Below, one piece after another: positions 1 through 10,679 of a stretch of DNA of 35,000 nucleotides (positions are counted from its first letter, which is position 1; each line of letters opens with the position of its first letter). Under the pieces are notes generated by a model. It was not told the DNA's origin. It did not search any database and saw nothing but the letters and a program-made list of their open reading frames with translations. The DNA is from Chiloscyllium plagiosum (lineage: Eukaryota), in assembly GCF_004010195.1 (NCBI RefSeq), contig NW_025213664.1, forward strand, positions 1 through 35,000, read 5' to 3'. A program made the translations under genes and the position numbers.

Positions 1-182
1 CCATCTGACTCTATTTTAAGTAATGGAACTGAGTGATGCGACTGCAAAACACTTTAGCATTGTCTCAAATCTGTAGTTTAGACATGAAGTAACAATATTT
101 CATTGTCAATTACTTTACAATATGGCCACAGTGTATTTCTTTGGCCAAATATTCTGTCTTTATTACGGAAGAATACAAACTT

Positions 183-390
183 CAGCGTGGGTTTCCTCCT
201 GGTGCTCCGGTTTCCTCCCACAGTCCAAAAATGAGCAGGTTAGGTGAATTGGCCATGCTGACTTGCCCGTAGTGTTAGGTGAAGGGGCAAATGTAGGGGA
301 ATGTGTCTGGGTGAGTTGCGCTTCGGCGGGTCGGTGTGGACGTTTTGGGCCGAAGGGCCTGTCTTCACACTGTAACTAATCTAAAAAAAA
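183..390 (+). mobile_element. HE1-like V-SINE, 5'-truncated
   Basis: V-domain-like core GCGTGGGTTTCCTCC..GGTGCTCCGGTTTCCTCCCACAGTCCAAA..GCAGGTTAGGTGAATTGGCCATGCT, then a CR1-like tail GGGCCGAAGGGCCTGT..CACACTGTAA and an A-rich end. Similar to 21195-21545 and 24998-25270. Confidence 0.85.
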
Positions 391-419
391 ACTTGAAACT
401 GTTCTAGAAGGAAGATATG

Positions 420-1250
420 AAGAGGACATGAGTCTATAAGGAGATTAAGATTGGTCAAGTGAACAGGCAAGTATTGGTGTATGGAACATAGTAGGACAAG
501 TGTGTCTGTGCTAAAATATATTGGCGTGATGAATGGAAACGTAATGTCTTATTTCAGTGGAGAGATTGGCTTTAGGCACAGAGGAACCAGGCACTTGGAT
601 TACAAAATAAAAAAATTACGTGTACATCAAGGTTTTCGGGAGGTAAGACAAATGTTGAAACTTTCTGAAACAGAATACATTTAAAAGTTGGGACGATTTT
701 GTACAGATTTACAATGTAGTGGTGTAACCACATCGAGAGAGCGATGGCCACAATGATATGAAATGCAATCCAGAGAAGATTCACTCAGCTGACTCCTGGG
801 AGGAGCGTTCATTTCAGGAGGAAATCTTGAAATGACTGGCTCTGGATCTGCTGGGATTTAGGCGAACAACATGTGGTCTTGCTTAATCTCAAAATATTCA
901 AAGTAGTCTTTCAAGTTGAATTCTAAAACAATATTTCAACTTGTGTGAGAGATTACCATGAGTGGATGGAGAGTAAAACAGAAAAATGTCTCTGTTAAGA
1001 AGATGGTGATTTTGGTGTCATCCTCTCAGAGTGTTGTGTCTTTGTACAATTCTCTTCCCAGATAGCGATGGAGGATAAGGCATTGAATATTCCTAAGGCA
1101 GAGGCTGGCAGATTCTTGACGAAGAATGATCCACGAACATTGTCAGGGCAAATGAGGAATGTGCGATTGAGGTCACAGTCAGATCATCCACGACCTTATC
1201 ACATGATGGAGTTGTTTTGATTCCTTACTCCTGATGCTAGGTTTTACATT
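420..1250 (+). mobile_element. highly degraded CR1 LINE 3' region
   Basis: Residual similarity to the CR1 ORF2 C-terminus and 3' UTR (CAGAGAAGATTCACT..CTGACTCCTGGGA; CTCTCAGAGTGTTGTG; CATTGAATATTCCTAAGGCAGAG). Confidence 0.6.
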
Positions 1251-1667
1251 TCTGTTGTCTTTTGATACTGAAAATAATATAACACAGTTCTCACAATTTC
1301 AAAGACAGCGACAAACTTTTATGATCAGCAAAATGCCCTTGTTGTTTAATAATTATTAGGAAATCGGATTGTCTTTTTCGCTCATTTGGGATGTTAATAG
1401 AGCTAGACCAGCATTAATTGCCTTTGAGAAGTTCCAGTTGATGTTGGTCCATCCAAGTGGCTGTTGGGAGGGAGTGCCAGCAGTGCATCTCATGTGCCGG
1501 TTTAACTGGGAGTAAATATTACTGGTGAGGAACAACTCGCAGGATAACAGACTGGTTGTCAATCCGAATATTTGGGAAGGAATTTATTAGTCTTCAGAGA
1601 AATAACAACCTTACATGAGAATCTGTATAATAATGAAGCGAAGTCTGTTTCTATGTTATTTGTGAAC

Positions 1668-2220
1668 TTAAAATAATGGTGTCAAACATCTGGAATAATG
1701 TTGATGCTGTGTTGGACGATTCTTAAAACCTCCATTCCTGGGACTAGTCAAGTGAACGTTCTTTGGAATGTCTCTGATGCCAGTATCTTTCCTTTGATAA
1801 GTGACCAAGAATTGTACACAATATTCCAACTGTTGTATGATCAGTGCCTTGTGTAGTTTAAGCACTTTTAGACTCTATTCCCTTTGAAATAAAGGTCAAT
1901 ATTCTATTTGGAGGAGAAAGTGAGGTCTGCAGATGCTGGAGATCAGAGCTGAAAATGTGTTGCTGGAAAAGCGCAGCAGTTCAGGCAGCATCCAGGGAAC
2001 AGGAGAATCGACGTTTCGGGCATAAGCCCTTCTTCAGGAAGAAGGGCTTATGCCTGAAACGTCGATTCTCCTGTTCCCTGGATGCTGCCTGACCTGCTGC
2101 GCTTTTCCAGCAACATATTTTCAGCTCAACATTCTATTTACCTTCCCTATTATCTGCTAAACTTGAATGAATTTATTTTTATGAATCATGGACGAGGACC
2201 CCCAAATCCCTGTGTCCTGT
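1668..2220 (-). mobile_element. degraded CR1 ORF2 fragment, interrupted by the fold-back element at 1910-2125
   Basis: Minus-strand ORF LKLHKALIIQQLEYCVQF matches the CR1 'LYxxLVRPxLEYCVQFW' motif. CR1-like sequence resumes after 2140. Confidence 0.7.
1910..2125. mobile_element. Penelope-derived fold-back element with TSD and minimal hammerhead motif
   Basis: Inverted arms of about 90 bp (1946-2035 and 2038-2127). Flanking direct repeat TCAATATTCTATTT (1896-1909) / TCAACATTCTATTT (2126-2139). Minus strand reads CTGAAGA-A-GGGC-TTAT-GCCC-GAAAC-GTC. Confidence 0.8.
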
Positions 2221-2351
2221 AATTTTTTTTTTAAATTGTGACCTTTCTGATGGACCAGCATTTACTGATCTTTCCTCATTGTTCTCAAGGTGAGATTCTG
2301 CCTTGCATCACTACATTGTCTGGTGTGTTTTAGTTCAGCAGTTCTATCGTT

Positions 2352-2640
2352 GAACATAAAACATAGAACAGTACAGCACAGGAACATGACACCAAATTAA
2401 ACTAATGCCTTCTGGCTGCCCTTGGTCTATATCCCTCCATTCCCTGAATATTCATGTGCTTATCTAAAAGCCCCTTAAATACCCCTATTGTACCTGCCTC
2501 AGCCACCATCCCTGGCAATGTGTTCCAGACTGCTACCACTCTCTGTGCAAGAAACTTACCCCTTACATCTCCTTTGAACTTGTAAGACATGAATTTCCCT
2601 GCACAAAACCACTTTGACTGTCCCCAATTAGGCCATGCTT
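2352..2640 (-). mobile_element. CR1 3' end joined to a short RT fragment
   Basis: ORFs KFKGDVRGKFLAQRVVAVWNTLP and GLIGDSQSGFVQGNSCLT are typical CR1 ORF2 motifs. The tail carries (TTCTATG)-like repeats. Confidence 0.8.
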
Positions 2641-3066
2641 TTGCAAATGTAAACCATTTTGATTCAGGTGTGGATTTGATGAACTCACTGTGAGATTCTG
2701 TACCATGTGCCGAGCTGGTTGTAATGCATCAAAATGAAAGATAGGAATATAATTGTTTCCCTTTAAGGTAGAAAAATATTTCTCAAGATCCGCCAGAACG
2801 TAATCTGACAAAGGTATGCATCGATATGTAAATATAGTGGCTTTTAAAACCGGAATTAATTTTGTGGGTCAGACTCTGTGTTTACTTACCATTAAAGTAG
2901 AATTGGATGAAATGCATTCTAGTGCCTGAGTTTTACATTCGATTTCACCGATAAGACATTATCACGAATTGACTACATGAGGCTGCTTCTGTCCTTTCAA
3001 CTTCAGAACAAAGCTGTGGTTAAATGTAGCGCCTATTCCCTGCTACACCCCCTCCCCCCTTCCTCT

Positions 3067-3385
3067 CTCACACATACACGCACACACACACACACAGATA
3101 CACATGGATACACACACACACAGACAGATACACTCGCGCGCGCGCACACACACACACAAACAGACACACACAAACACACAGACAGACACACACACACAGA
3201 CACACACAAAGACAGACACACACACTCACAGACACACACACGGATACACTCGCACACCACTCACACACACAGACACACATGGATACACTCGCATGCACAC
3301 TCACACACACACACACACACTCACAGACACACACAGACAGACACACACACACACCCACACACATGGATACACATGCACAGACTGT
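3067..3385. repeat. compound (CA)n/(GACA)n microsatellite
   Basis: Directly visible low-complexity CA/GACA tract. Confidence 0.95.
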
Positions 3386-3575
3386 CTCTCTGTTTCAATG
3401 AAGAAAACTGCACTATTAGTTTCTTGCTTCTGCCATTTTCTTTTAGAAAACTGCTTACACTCCTATTTCTTCAAATCAACATTGTACAACCTCATTAAAA
3501 CACAAGCAAACAAAACAGACTTCTAGCGTCACAGAGCTAAGCTCACAAATGTAACTCTAAAAATGACTGCCAATA

Positions 3576-3662
3576 TAGAATCATAGAGTCACAGTCATAG
3601 AGTACAGCACGGAAACAGACCCTTTGGTCCAACTCGTCCATGCTGACCAGATATCCTAACCC
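3576..3662 (-). mobile_element. CR1 3' tail fragment
   Basis: Reverse complement of GGATATCTGGTCAGCATGGACGAGTTGGACCAAAGGGTCTGTTTCCGTGCTGTA plus (CTATGA)-like repeats, the same tail as 12840-12907. Confidence 0.85.
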
Positions 3663-3763
3663 ATCCTCCCTTTCATTACAGAGAATAGCAAATTCAATTT
3701 AAAGGTAAAATTGTACATTATCCCCTATTACGAGCACTCATTCTTAGCTATAGGGAGAACCAA

Positions 3764-4345
3764 AGAGTCACAGAGCCATACAGCACGGAAACAGACCCTT
3801 TGCTCCAACTCATAAGTGCCGACCAGATATCCTAATCTAATCTAGTCCCATTAACCAGCACTTAGCCCACATCCCTCTAAACCCTTCCTATTCATATACC
3901 CATCCAGATACCTTTCAAATGTTGTAATTGTACCAGCCTCCACCACTTCCCCTGGCAGCTCATTCCATAAACACACCACCAGCTGCATGAAACAGTTGTC
4001 CATTAAGTCCCTTTTAAATCTTTCTCCTCTCACATTAAACCTATGCCCTCTAGTTCTGGACTCATCCACCCTAGGGAAAATACCTTGTCTATTTACCTTA
4101 TTCATATCCCTCATGATCTTATAAACCTTTGTAAGGTCACCCCCTCAGCCTCCGACGCTCCAGGGAAAACAGCTCCGGCCTATTCAGCCTCTCCCTATAG
4201 CTCAAACCCTCCAACTCTGGCAACATCCTTGTAAATCTTTTCTGAACCCTTTCAAGTTCTACAACATCTTTCCGATAGGAAGGAGACCAGAATTGTACAC
4301 AATATTCCAACAGTGGCCTAACCAATGTCCTGTACAGCCGCAACA
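3764..4345 (-). mobile_element. young 5'-truncated CR1 LINE abutting the tetraspanin exon
   Basis: ORFs LRLYRTLVRPLLEYCVQFWSPSYRKDVVELERVQKRFTRMLP and SRTRGHRF..LWNELP plus a 3' tail. Closely similar to 10680-11198 and 12130-12907. Confidence 0.95.
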
Positions 4346-4624
4346 CTGCAAGCAGTTTTGTGTCACGTTACACCTTTTCAGCTCTAGGAGAAAGATAAAG
4401 GAGAGGTCCAGGTAAAACACCACATATTTGCTGCCCTTTGACGAGGTGTACTCTGCCTTGCTGGTTTTAGGTCCTGGGTTGGAGTGTAGCCCATAGAAGG
4501 AGGAGGTGGTATCCCGGTACAAACTGCTGTAACGCCGGAAGGTACCGTGTGCCGGCGGGTATTCCTTACTGTCCAGGGACGGGCTGCGATGGGAGGCAGA
4601 TTCCTCACTGTCTGACCGATCCAT
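4343..4624 (-). pseudogene. tspan4: tetraspanin (TSPAN4/TSPAN9 group) N-terminal exon with upstream in-frame extension, truncated by CR1; functional status unresolved
   Basis: Non-repetitive ORF with a good Kozak context (GGG-ATG-G), ending YVVFYLDLSFIFLLELKRCNVTQNCLQC. ELKRC-x-(M)xxxCLQ matches my recollection of the TSPAN4 start region (ELKRCG-MARACLQ). An internal polypyrimidine tract and AG (CTCTCCTTTATCTTTCTCCTAG, AG at 4385-4384) lies 17 nt before the expected start position, which is GTG here (4366-4364). The expected KYLMFxFNLLFW continuation is replaced by CR1. Confidence 0.65.
4384..4405 (-). promoter_or_regulatory. splice acceptor embedded in the open frame
   Basis: Minus strand reads CTCTCCTTTATCTTTCTCCTAG|AGCTGAAAAGG. 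Confidence 0.6.
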
Positions 4625-5154
4625 CCCTGCAGAGCCTCGGCAGGAAACCTTCTCCCACTGTTGGTTTACAGCGAGTACAACCTCCGGGGCAGCCCCAGCC
4701 TTGGTGTCAGTGTGAGAAGGGGCAGGGGAGCCGCTTGGGGAGGGAGAGGATGCTGTGCTCAGGGAGAGACAGAGAGCTCACAGCAGCAGACATTGCTCAG
4801 AGACAGCCCCCCCCCCCCCCCCACACACACACACATCATGGTCAGCTCAGCTTTCAGCTGGAGACTGGCGACCCAGCAAGGCAGCTCTTCCAGATTTACC
4901 CCCTTCCCGCTCAGAAGCAGCAACTCCCATTCACAAAACCATCCCAGCTCCTCATTAATACAGCCAGCAGCCCCCTCCCTCGCTGTCTATCTGTCAGTGT
5001 GTGTTCAGGGCACCCTCTCAGTGCAACGCCCAAGCATCACAGTCCACCTCCTCCTCCTCCTCCTCACTGTCTGTCCCTCTCTCGTATCGGAGCTGGACTG
5101 TCAACAGCAACAGTTCCCGTCCCTGTCCCCTCACAGCCAGAACTGGACTAGCCA

Positions 5155-5960
5155 TTCACACACAGACAGAGGGAGAGACAGGCACACGCACACACACACA
5201 GTCAGACAGAGGGAGAGACAGGCACACACACAGACAGACAGAGGGAGAGACAGACACATGCACAGACAGACAGAGGGAGACACAGGCACACAGACAGACA
5301 GAGGGAGAGACCGACACACACACAGACAGACAGAGGGAGAGACTGGCACATGAACAGACAGACAGAGGGAGACACAGGCACACACACAGACAGACAGAGG
5401 GAGGGACAGACACATGCACAGACAGACAGAGGGAGACACAGACACATGCACAGACAGACAGAAGGAGAGACACACACACACACACAGTCAGACAGAGGGA
5501 GAGACAGGCACACACACAGACAGACAGAGGGAGAGACACACACACACAGACAGAGGAAGAGACAGACACATACATACAGACAGACAGAGGGAGAGACACA
5601 CACAAACACAGACAGGCAGAGGGAGAGACACACACATAGACAGACAGAGGGAGAGACACACACACAGACAGAGGGAGAGACAGACACATACACACATAGA
5701 CAGACAGACAAAGGGAGAGACAGACACACACAGACAGACAGAGGGAGAGACACACACATACACACATAGACAGACAGACAGAGGGTGATACAGACACATA
5801 CACAGACAGACAGAGGGAGAGACAGGCACACACACAGACAGACAGAGGGAGACAGATAGACAGACAGAGAGAGAAACACACAGTGACAGAAAAGGAGAGG
5901 GAGAGAGACAGACACTGACAGAGAGAGGAAAGGAGATAGACAGGAGAGGGAGGGAGGGAC
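5155..5960. repeat. degenerate GACA/GA/CA-rich minisatellite-microsatellite
   Basis: Repeated CAGACAGACAGAGGGAGAGACA(CA)n units of variable length. Confidence 0.95.
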
Positions 5961-6069
5961 GGAGAGCAGCAGGGTCCTGTGAAGGGGAAACACGCATCTC
6001 CTACTCCACACTGGCACAACGTTATCCCCCAGTGTCCCATCGGCTCCTCGCTTCACTGCACTCCCCAAT

Positions 6070-7085
6070 TCACCCTGCTGGGACCCGTCCAGCTCAGTGT
6101 TGTACAGACTGCCCCCTGCTGGGACCCCTCCAGTTCAGCGTTGTACACACTGCCCCCTGCTGGGACTCCTCCAGCTCAGGGTTGTACAGACTGCCCCCTG
6201 CTGGGACCCCTCCATCTCAGTGTTATACAGACTGCCCCCTGCTGGGACCCCTCCAGCTCAGTGTTGTACAGACTGCCCCCTGCTGGGACCCCTCCAGCTC
6301 AGTGTTGTACAGACAGCCCCCTGCTGGGACCCCTCCATCTCAGTGTTGTACACACTGCCCCCTGCTGGGACCCCTCCAGCTCATTGTTGTACACACCGCC
6401 CCTTGCTGGGACCCCTCCAGCTCAGTGTTGTACAGACTGCCCCCTGCTGGGACCCCTCCAGCTCAGTGTTGTACACACTGCCCCATGCTGGGACCCTCCA
6501 GCTCAGTGTTGTACAGACTGCCCCCTGCTGGGACCCCTCCAGCTCAGTGTTGTACAGACTGCCCCCTGCTGGGACCCTCCAGCTCAGTGTTGTACAGACT
6601 GCCCCCTGCTGGGACCTCTCCTGCCCCCTGCTGGGACCTCTCCTGCTCAGTGTTGTACAGACTGCTCCCTGCTGGGATCCCTCCAGCTCAGTGTTGTACA
6701 CACTGCCCCCTGCTGGGACTCCTCCAGCTCAGTGTTGAATAGTTGGATAGACTGCCTCCTGCTGGGACCCCTCCTGCTCAGTGTTGTACAGACTGCCCCT
6801 ATGGGACTCCTCCAGCTCAGTGTTGGATAGTTGGATAGACTGCCTCCTGCTGGGACCCCTCCTGCTCAGTGTTGTACAGACTGCCCCTGCTGGGACCCCT
6901 CCAGCTCAATCTTGGATAGTTGGATAGACTGCCCCCTGCTGGGACCCCTCCGGCTCAGTCCTGTACAGACTGCCCCCTGCTGGGACCCCTCTAGCTCAGT
7001 CTTGGATAGTTGGATAGATTGCCCCCTGCTGGGACCCCTCCAGCTCAGTCTTGGATAGTTGGATAGACTGCCCCCTGCTGGGATC
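6070..7085. repeat. 41-bp minisatellite, roughly two dozen units
   Basis: Unit CCCCCTGCTGGGACCCCTCCAGCTCAGTGTTGTACAGACTG. Distal units carry a TTGGATAG insertion. Confidence 0.95.
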
Positions 7086-7634
7086 TGGTCCCCGATCTTC
7101 CTGATGAGTCCAGGTCAGACTGCCTCCTTGGACGATCATATCCACTGCTCCCTGTTCCAGTCTCTCTACTGGTAATTCCCACAAAAGACGAGTCTTAAGG
7201 GAGAGTCTGAGGTTAAATCAGGAACCACCCTGGCCATCTACAGCCACATCAGAGGCAATCAAAAGCTGCCAGAGATGGGTCTTTCATCCTCAATCCCTTC
7301 AGGAATAACATCATACACACAGGCACTCCCGACTGGAAACACAACGAAGAGAAACATATTCCCATTTTGTGTTTTCAACAGGCAGAAAGCAATCTGATTT
7401 ATAAGGCATCTTAAAAAACTGGATAAAAAATTATAAACCTTGATAAAGCAGGCCCTACGTTAAAGGGGGCTGGTGGGGAAATAAGGTTATTTATAAGAGA
7501 CAGATCAATAATAAACACTGCATTATTTCAAAATACCTTCACAAGTGACTCACGACCGGGAGGCATGCAACTCAGTCCACATCCCAGTTTATCTCCCTCC
7601 CTGTATCCCGGTCTAACTCTCTCTGTGGTTTATT

Positions 7635-8030
7635 TTTAAATTCATTCACAGGATGTGGGCATTGCTGGCCAGGCTAGCAGTCATTACCAATCCCTATTTG
7701 CCCAGAGGGTAGTTAAGAGTCAGTCTTATTGCTGTGGGGCTGCAGTCACATGTAGGCCAGATCAGGTATGGATGGCAGTTCCCTTCCCTAAGTTGGGCTA
7801 GGGGGATCGGGCTAGGGAGCACAAGTCTTCAGTACTATTGTTGGAAAGTCATCAGGGCCCATAGCCTTTGTAATATCTTGTGTCTCCAGCCATTTCTTGG
7901 AGTGAATCGAAGTGGCTGAAGACTCATATCTGTAAAGTTGGGCACAAGTGGAGGAGGCCATGATGGATCTTCTGGCTGAAGATTGCTTCAGCCTTAGGCT
8001 TCCTGTCACACTGCTGGAATAAAGGGTCAT
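7635..8030 (-). mobile_element. internally deleted LINE (CR1/L2 group) sharing its tail with the DeuSINE-like element
   Basis: Minus ORF KKWLETQDITKAMGPDDFPTIVLKTCAP is a pre-RT 'KAxGPDxIP' motif. 7640-7790 resembles 9415-9550. Confidence 0.65.
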
Positions 8031-9115
8031 GTCAGACGATCACCACCAGGTCAAAGGAGCAGATTAGGACAAAGGGAGGAAATGAGGTCAAAGTCAGAAC
8101 AAAGGTGCAGAGAAAAAGGGGGCAGTTTGACCAGCGCACGTTCAGAAATTGGGTTCTGATGGGACTCGTGATTTACATCATGGCGTGTCCAATGAACGTG
8201 AGGCAGCTGGTTGCCACTGCACATGACAGATGGAGACCAGGTTAAACTGTATGTGTTTCCACAGACACACGTGACTTGTAATCAGAAGCTGGCCATCGTC
8301 ATGGTGACTGAGCTTGTGAAGGTCCCAAAATGGCCGAAAGATCGGAGGGTGATGGTTTTCTGGTCTCTGAGGGAAGCAGAGAGTCGCTGATGTCAAACAG
8401 GTCTTCCCTTGCAACTCAGTCATCACAGCCTGATGTATATACTGAACTCATTTGTAAATAGGTCCTTGTTTATGGGATGGCCAATTCATTGCCTGACCGA
8501 AGGTGAGGTATCAAATGATCCCCCCTCCCCCACTCATAGATCTGTGGAGCCAAAGGGAGTCTTCCTGCTCGATCTGTCTCTGCAAGACCATGATGTTGAC
8601 TAAGATTTATGGCCAGTATTGATCAGCTCCCATTTAACGTCTGGTTGCTCTAAATATAGTACAACTAGGCAGAGCTTATATAGCATACACTCTTCCCATT
8701 CAGCGCCAAGTTTTCAAGGTGATTACAGGAATGGCAAGGGACTTCAAGGGGAACGGACAGCTATCAGTTCATCTTCACACGAGGAGAGGAACATCGAGAG
8801 TAAACTCTGAAATAGAATTGGGGGGAGGGAGGACACCAAAATCTTGCAGTGGTAGGATGAGACAGTACCAACAGAGGCCATGTGGCCCACATCCTTTTGC
8901 TGTTTTGACTAATTCATCCCACTCCCTGCTCTATTCTCCTACACCTTTACTACGATGATTTCTCTAATTCTCCATAGAGAGTTCCTGCCAGAACATAATA
9001 TACCTCCTGATCTTCCCTTTCTCTTGTTTGGCATGAGAATAATCATGCTTCCTCTCCTGACTGACCCCTCAGCCAGCGGCCTACCTAGTTACTTTGAAAC
9101 CGTTGCTAGGTTTAG

Positions 9116-9350
9116 AGAAAAACAGAAATCACTGGAAGAGCTCAGCAGAACTGGCAGCATTTGTGGGGAGAAATCAGCGTGAATGTTTCGGATCGAATGA
9201 GCCTTCCTCAGACCCGTCCTGAGCGAGGGTCACTCGAGCTGAAAGGTTAACTCTGATTTCTCTCCGCAGATGCTGGCAGACCTGCTGAGCTTTTCCAATG
9301 ATTTCTGCTTTCGTTTCTGATTTACAGCATCTGCAATTCTTTCGGATTTT
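9116..9350. mobile_element. older Penelope-derived fold-back element, second family
   Basis: Imperfect inverted arms (CAGAAATCACTGGAAGAGCTCAGCAG... / ...CTGCTGAGCTTTTCCAATGATTTCTG), with degenerate CTGAGGA..GAAA cores near the centre and the shared CAGCATCTGCA end motif. Confidence 0.7.
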
Positions 9351-9409
9351 AGTTAGGTTTCAATAATCTTTGTTAAATTTCATCTCTACCTTCTGTGCTC
9401 TAAGTTGTT

Positions 9410-9730
9410 TTTTAATTCATTCATGGGATGAGGGCATCGCTGACTAGGCCCAGGATTTATTGCCCATCCCTAGTTGGCCAGACAGAGGTCAAGTATATTG
9501 CTGTGGGTCTGGAGTCAGACTAGGTAAGGATGGTAGTTTCCTTCCCTAAAGAGCATTAGTGAACCTGTTGGGTTTTTCCCGATGATCGACACTGTAGACT
9601 CTTAGTTCCCCATTTTATTGAATTCAAATTCCACTATCTGCCATGGCAGGATTTTAATCTGGGTCCCCAGAGCATTATTTGGGTGTCTGGATCAACAGTC
9701 GAGAGGGAATACCACTAGGCCACTGCCTCC
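9410..9730 (-). mobile_element. tRNA-headed SINE (DeuSINE/SacSINE-like)
   Basis: Minus strand begins GGAGGCAGTGGCCTAGTGGTA (A-box-like), followed by a degenerate B box and ...GGAATTTGAATTCAATAAAA. It ends in a (TGAA)n A-rich tail. Confidence 0.7.
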
Positions 9731-10679
9731 ACTTTGTAAAACTTTCTTCAGTCTCTCCGTCCAACGTCAGTACCTCTGCTTTAACACCATTCATGAGAAC
9801 AACAGCAGGAGGTGCTCATTCAACTCCTCCGCCATTTAATGCAATCGTTCCATGAAATTTCATCTGTACCATCCCAGAGACATTGACACTCTTCCCCATG
9901 GCTGGTGCCCAGAACTGGAAATAATTCTCCAATGAGTTCTAGTCAGTGTGTTATGGAGATTTAAGACAAGGGCTATGACAAACAATTAGATACTAGCTGG
10001 TGAGGACAGCTAAATGGGCAGGTGGAAGTAGACTGAGTGGCCTAAATAGACTGAATAGATGAGGTTCTGTTTCAAAAACCCCGTGATTAGCAATAAACAA
10101 TAAGTTAGCCAGCCTTTCTAATCCTCAGCCAATTTTATTAACGGGAAAAGGAAATTAAGAGAAGATGAGACACAGTCTGCCACCTTGCTGACCTGTGCTT
10201 TCAGATCAGGGATGAAAACATTAATCTGTGTCGTTGCATGTGTTATCCCCCACTGTGTACAGTCAGAAAGGGAAAGGATCCCTGTCTCTGACCGCATAAA
10301 GCAGGAAGGTATACAGACTACTGGGACGAGCAAATAAATCTCCTCATTAACTGCAGCCTTGAAAGAGACATCAGAGCAACCTCATGAATTTCTTAACTAT
10401 CTCAAATATCAGAATCTCTTTCACCTTGTGAGAATATATTCTGCTTTGAACAGAAGACTTGAAAGAAAATCTTCCTGTGGTCATTTTTTCAAAAGGCTCC
10501 ATACAAGTTCTGAGTGAGTGGTTAGCTAAGGGGATAATTGCTCCATAGGTGGTAAATCCATCAGGTGAAACATTGAATATAGATTTCATTAGATGCTATA
10601 AATACATAAGTCAGCAGCTGAAGAGTGAATATATGTTTGATTGTTAATCTATAAGGTGAGTGGCTTTGTTAAATATATG

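Noticed and set aside
572..784. Hydrophobic ORF as a downstream tetraspanin exon
   Set aside because: It is antisense to a degraded CR1 and has no tetraspanin motif.
1946..2127. pre-miRNA or DNA-transposon MITE
   Set aside because: The asymmetric leader, long TSD and hammerhead core fit a Penelope derivative better. Small-RNA production cannot be judged from sequence alone.
2977..6068. His/Thr-rich and Cys/Val-rich ORFs
   Set aside because: They are translations of CA/GACA microsatellites.
6070..7085. CRISPR-like array or Cys/Pro-rich protein
   Set aside because: The units are head-to-tail with no unique spacers, the context is eukaryotic, and the 41-bp period cycles through frames.
10118..10600. 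Short ORFs in unique sequence as possible exons
   Set aside because: No recognisable domain or convincing splice-site pair.
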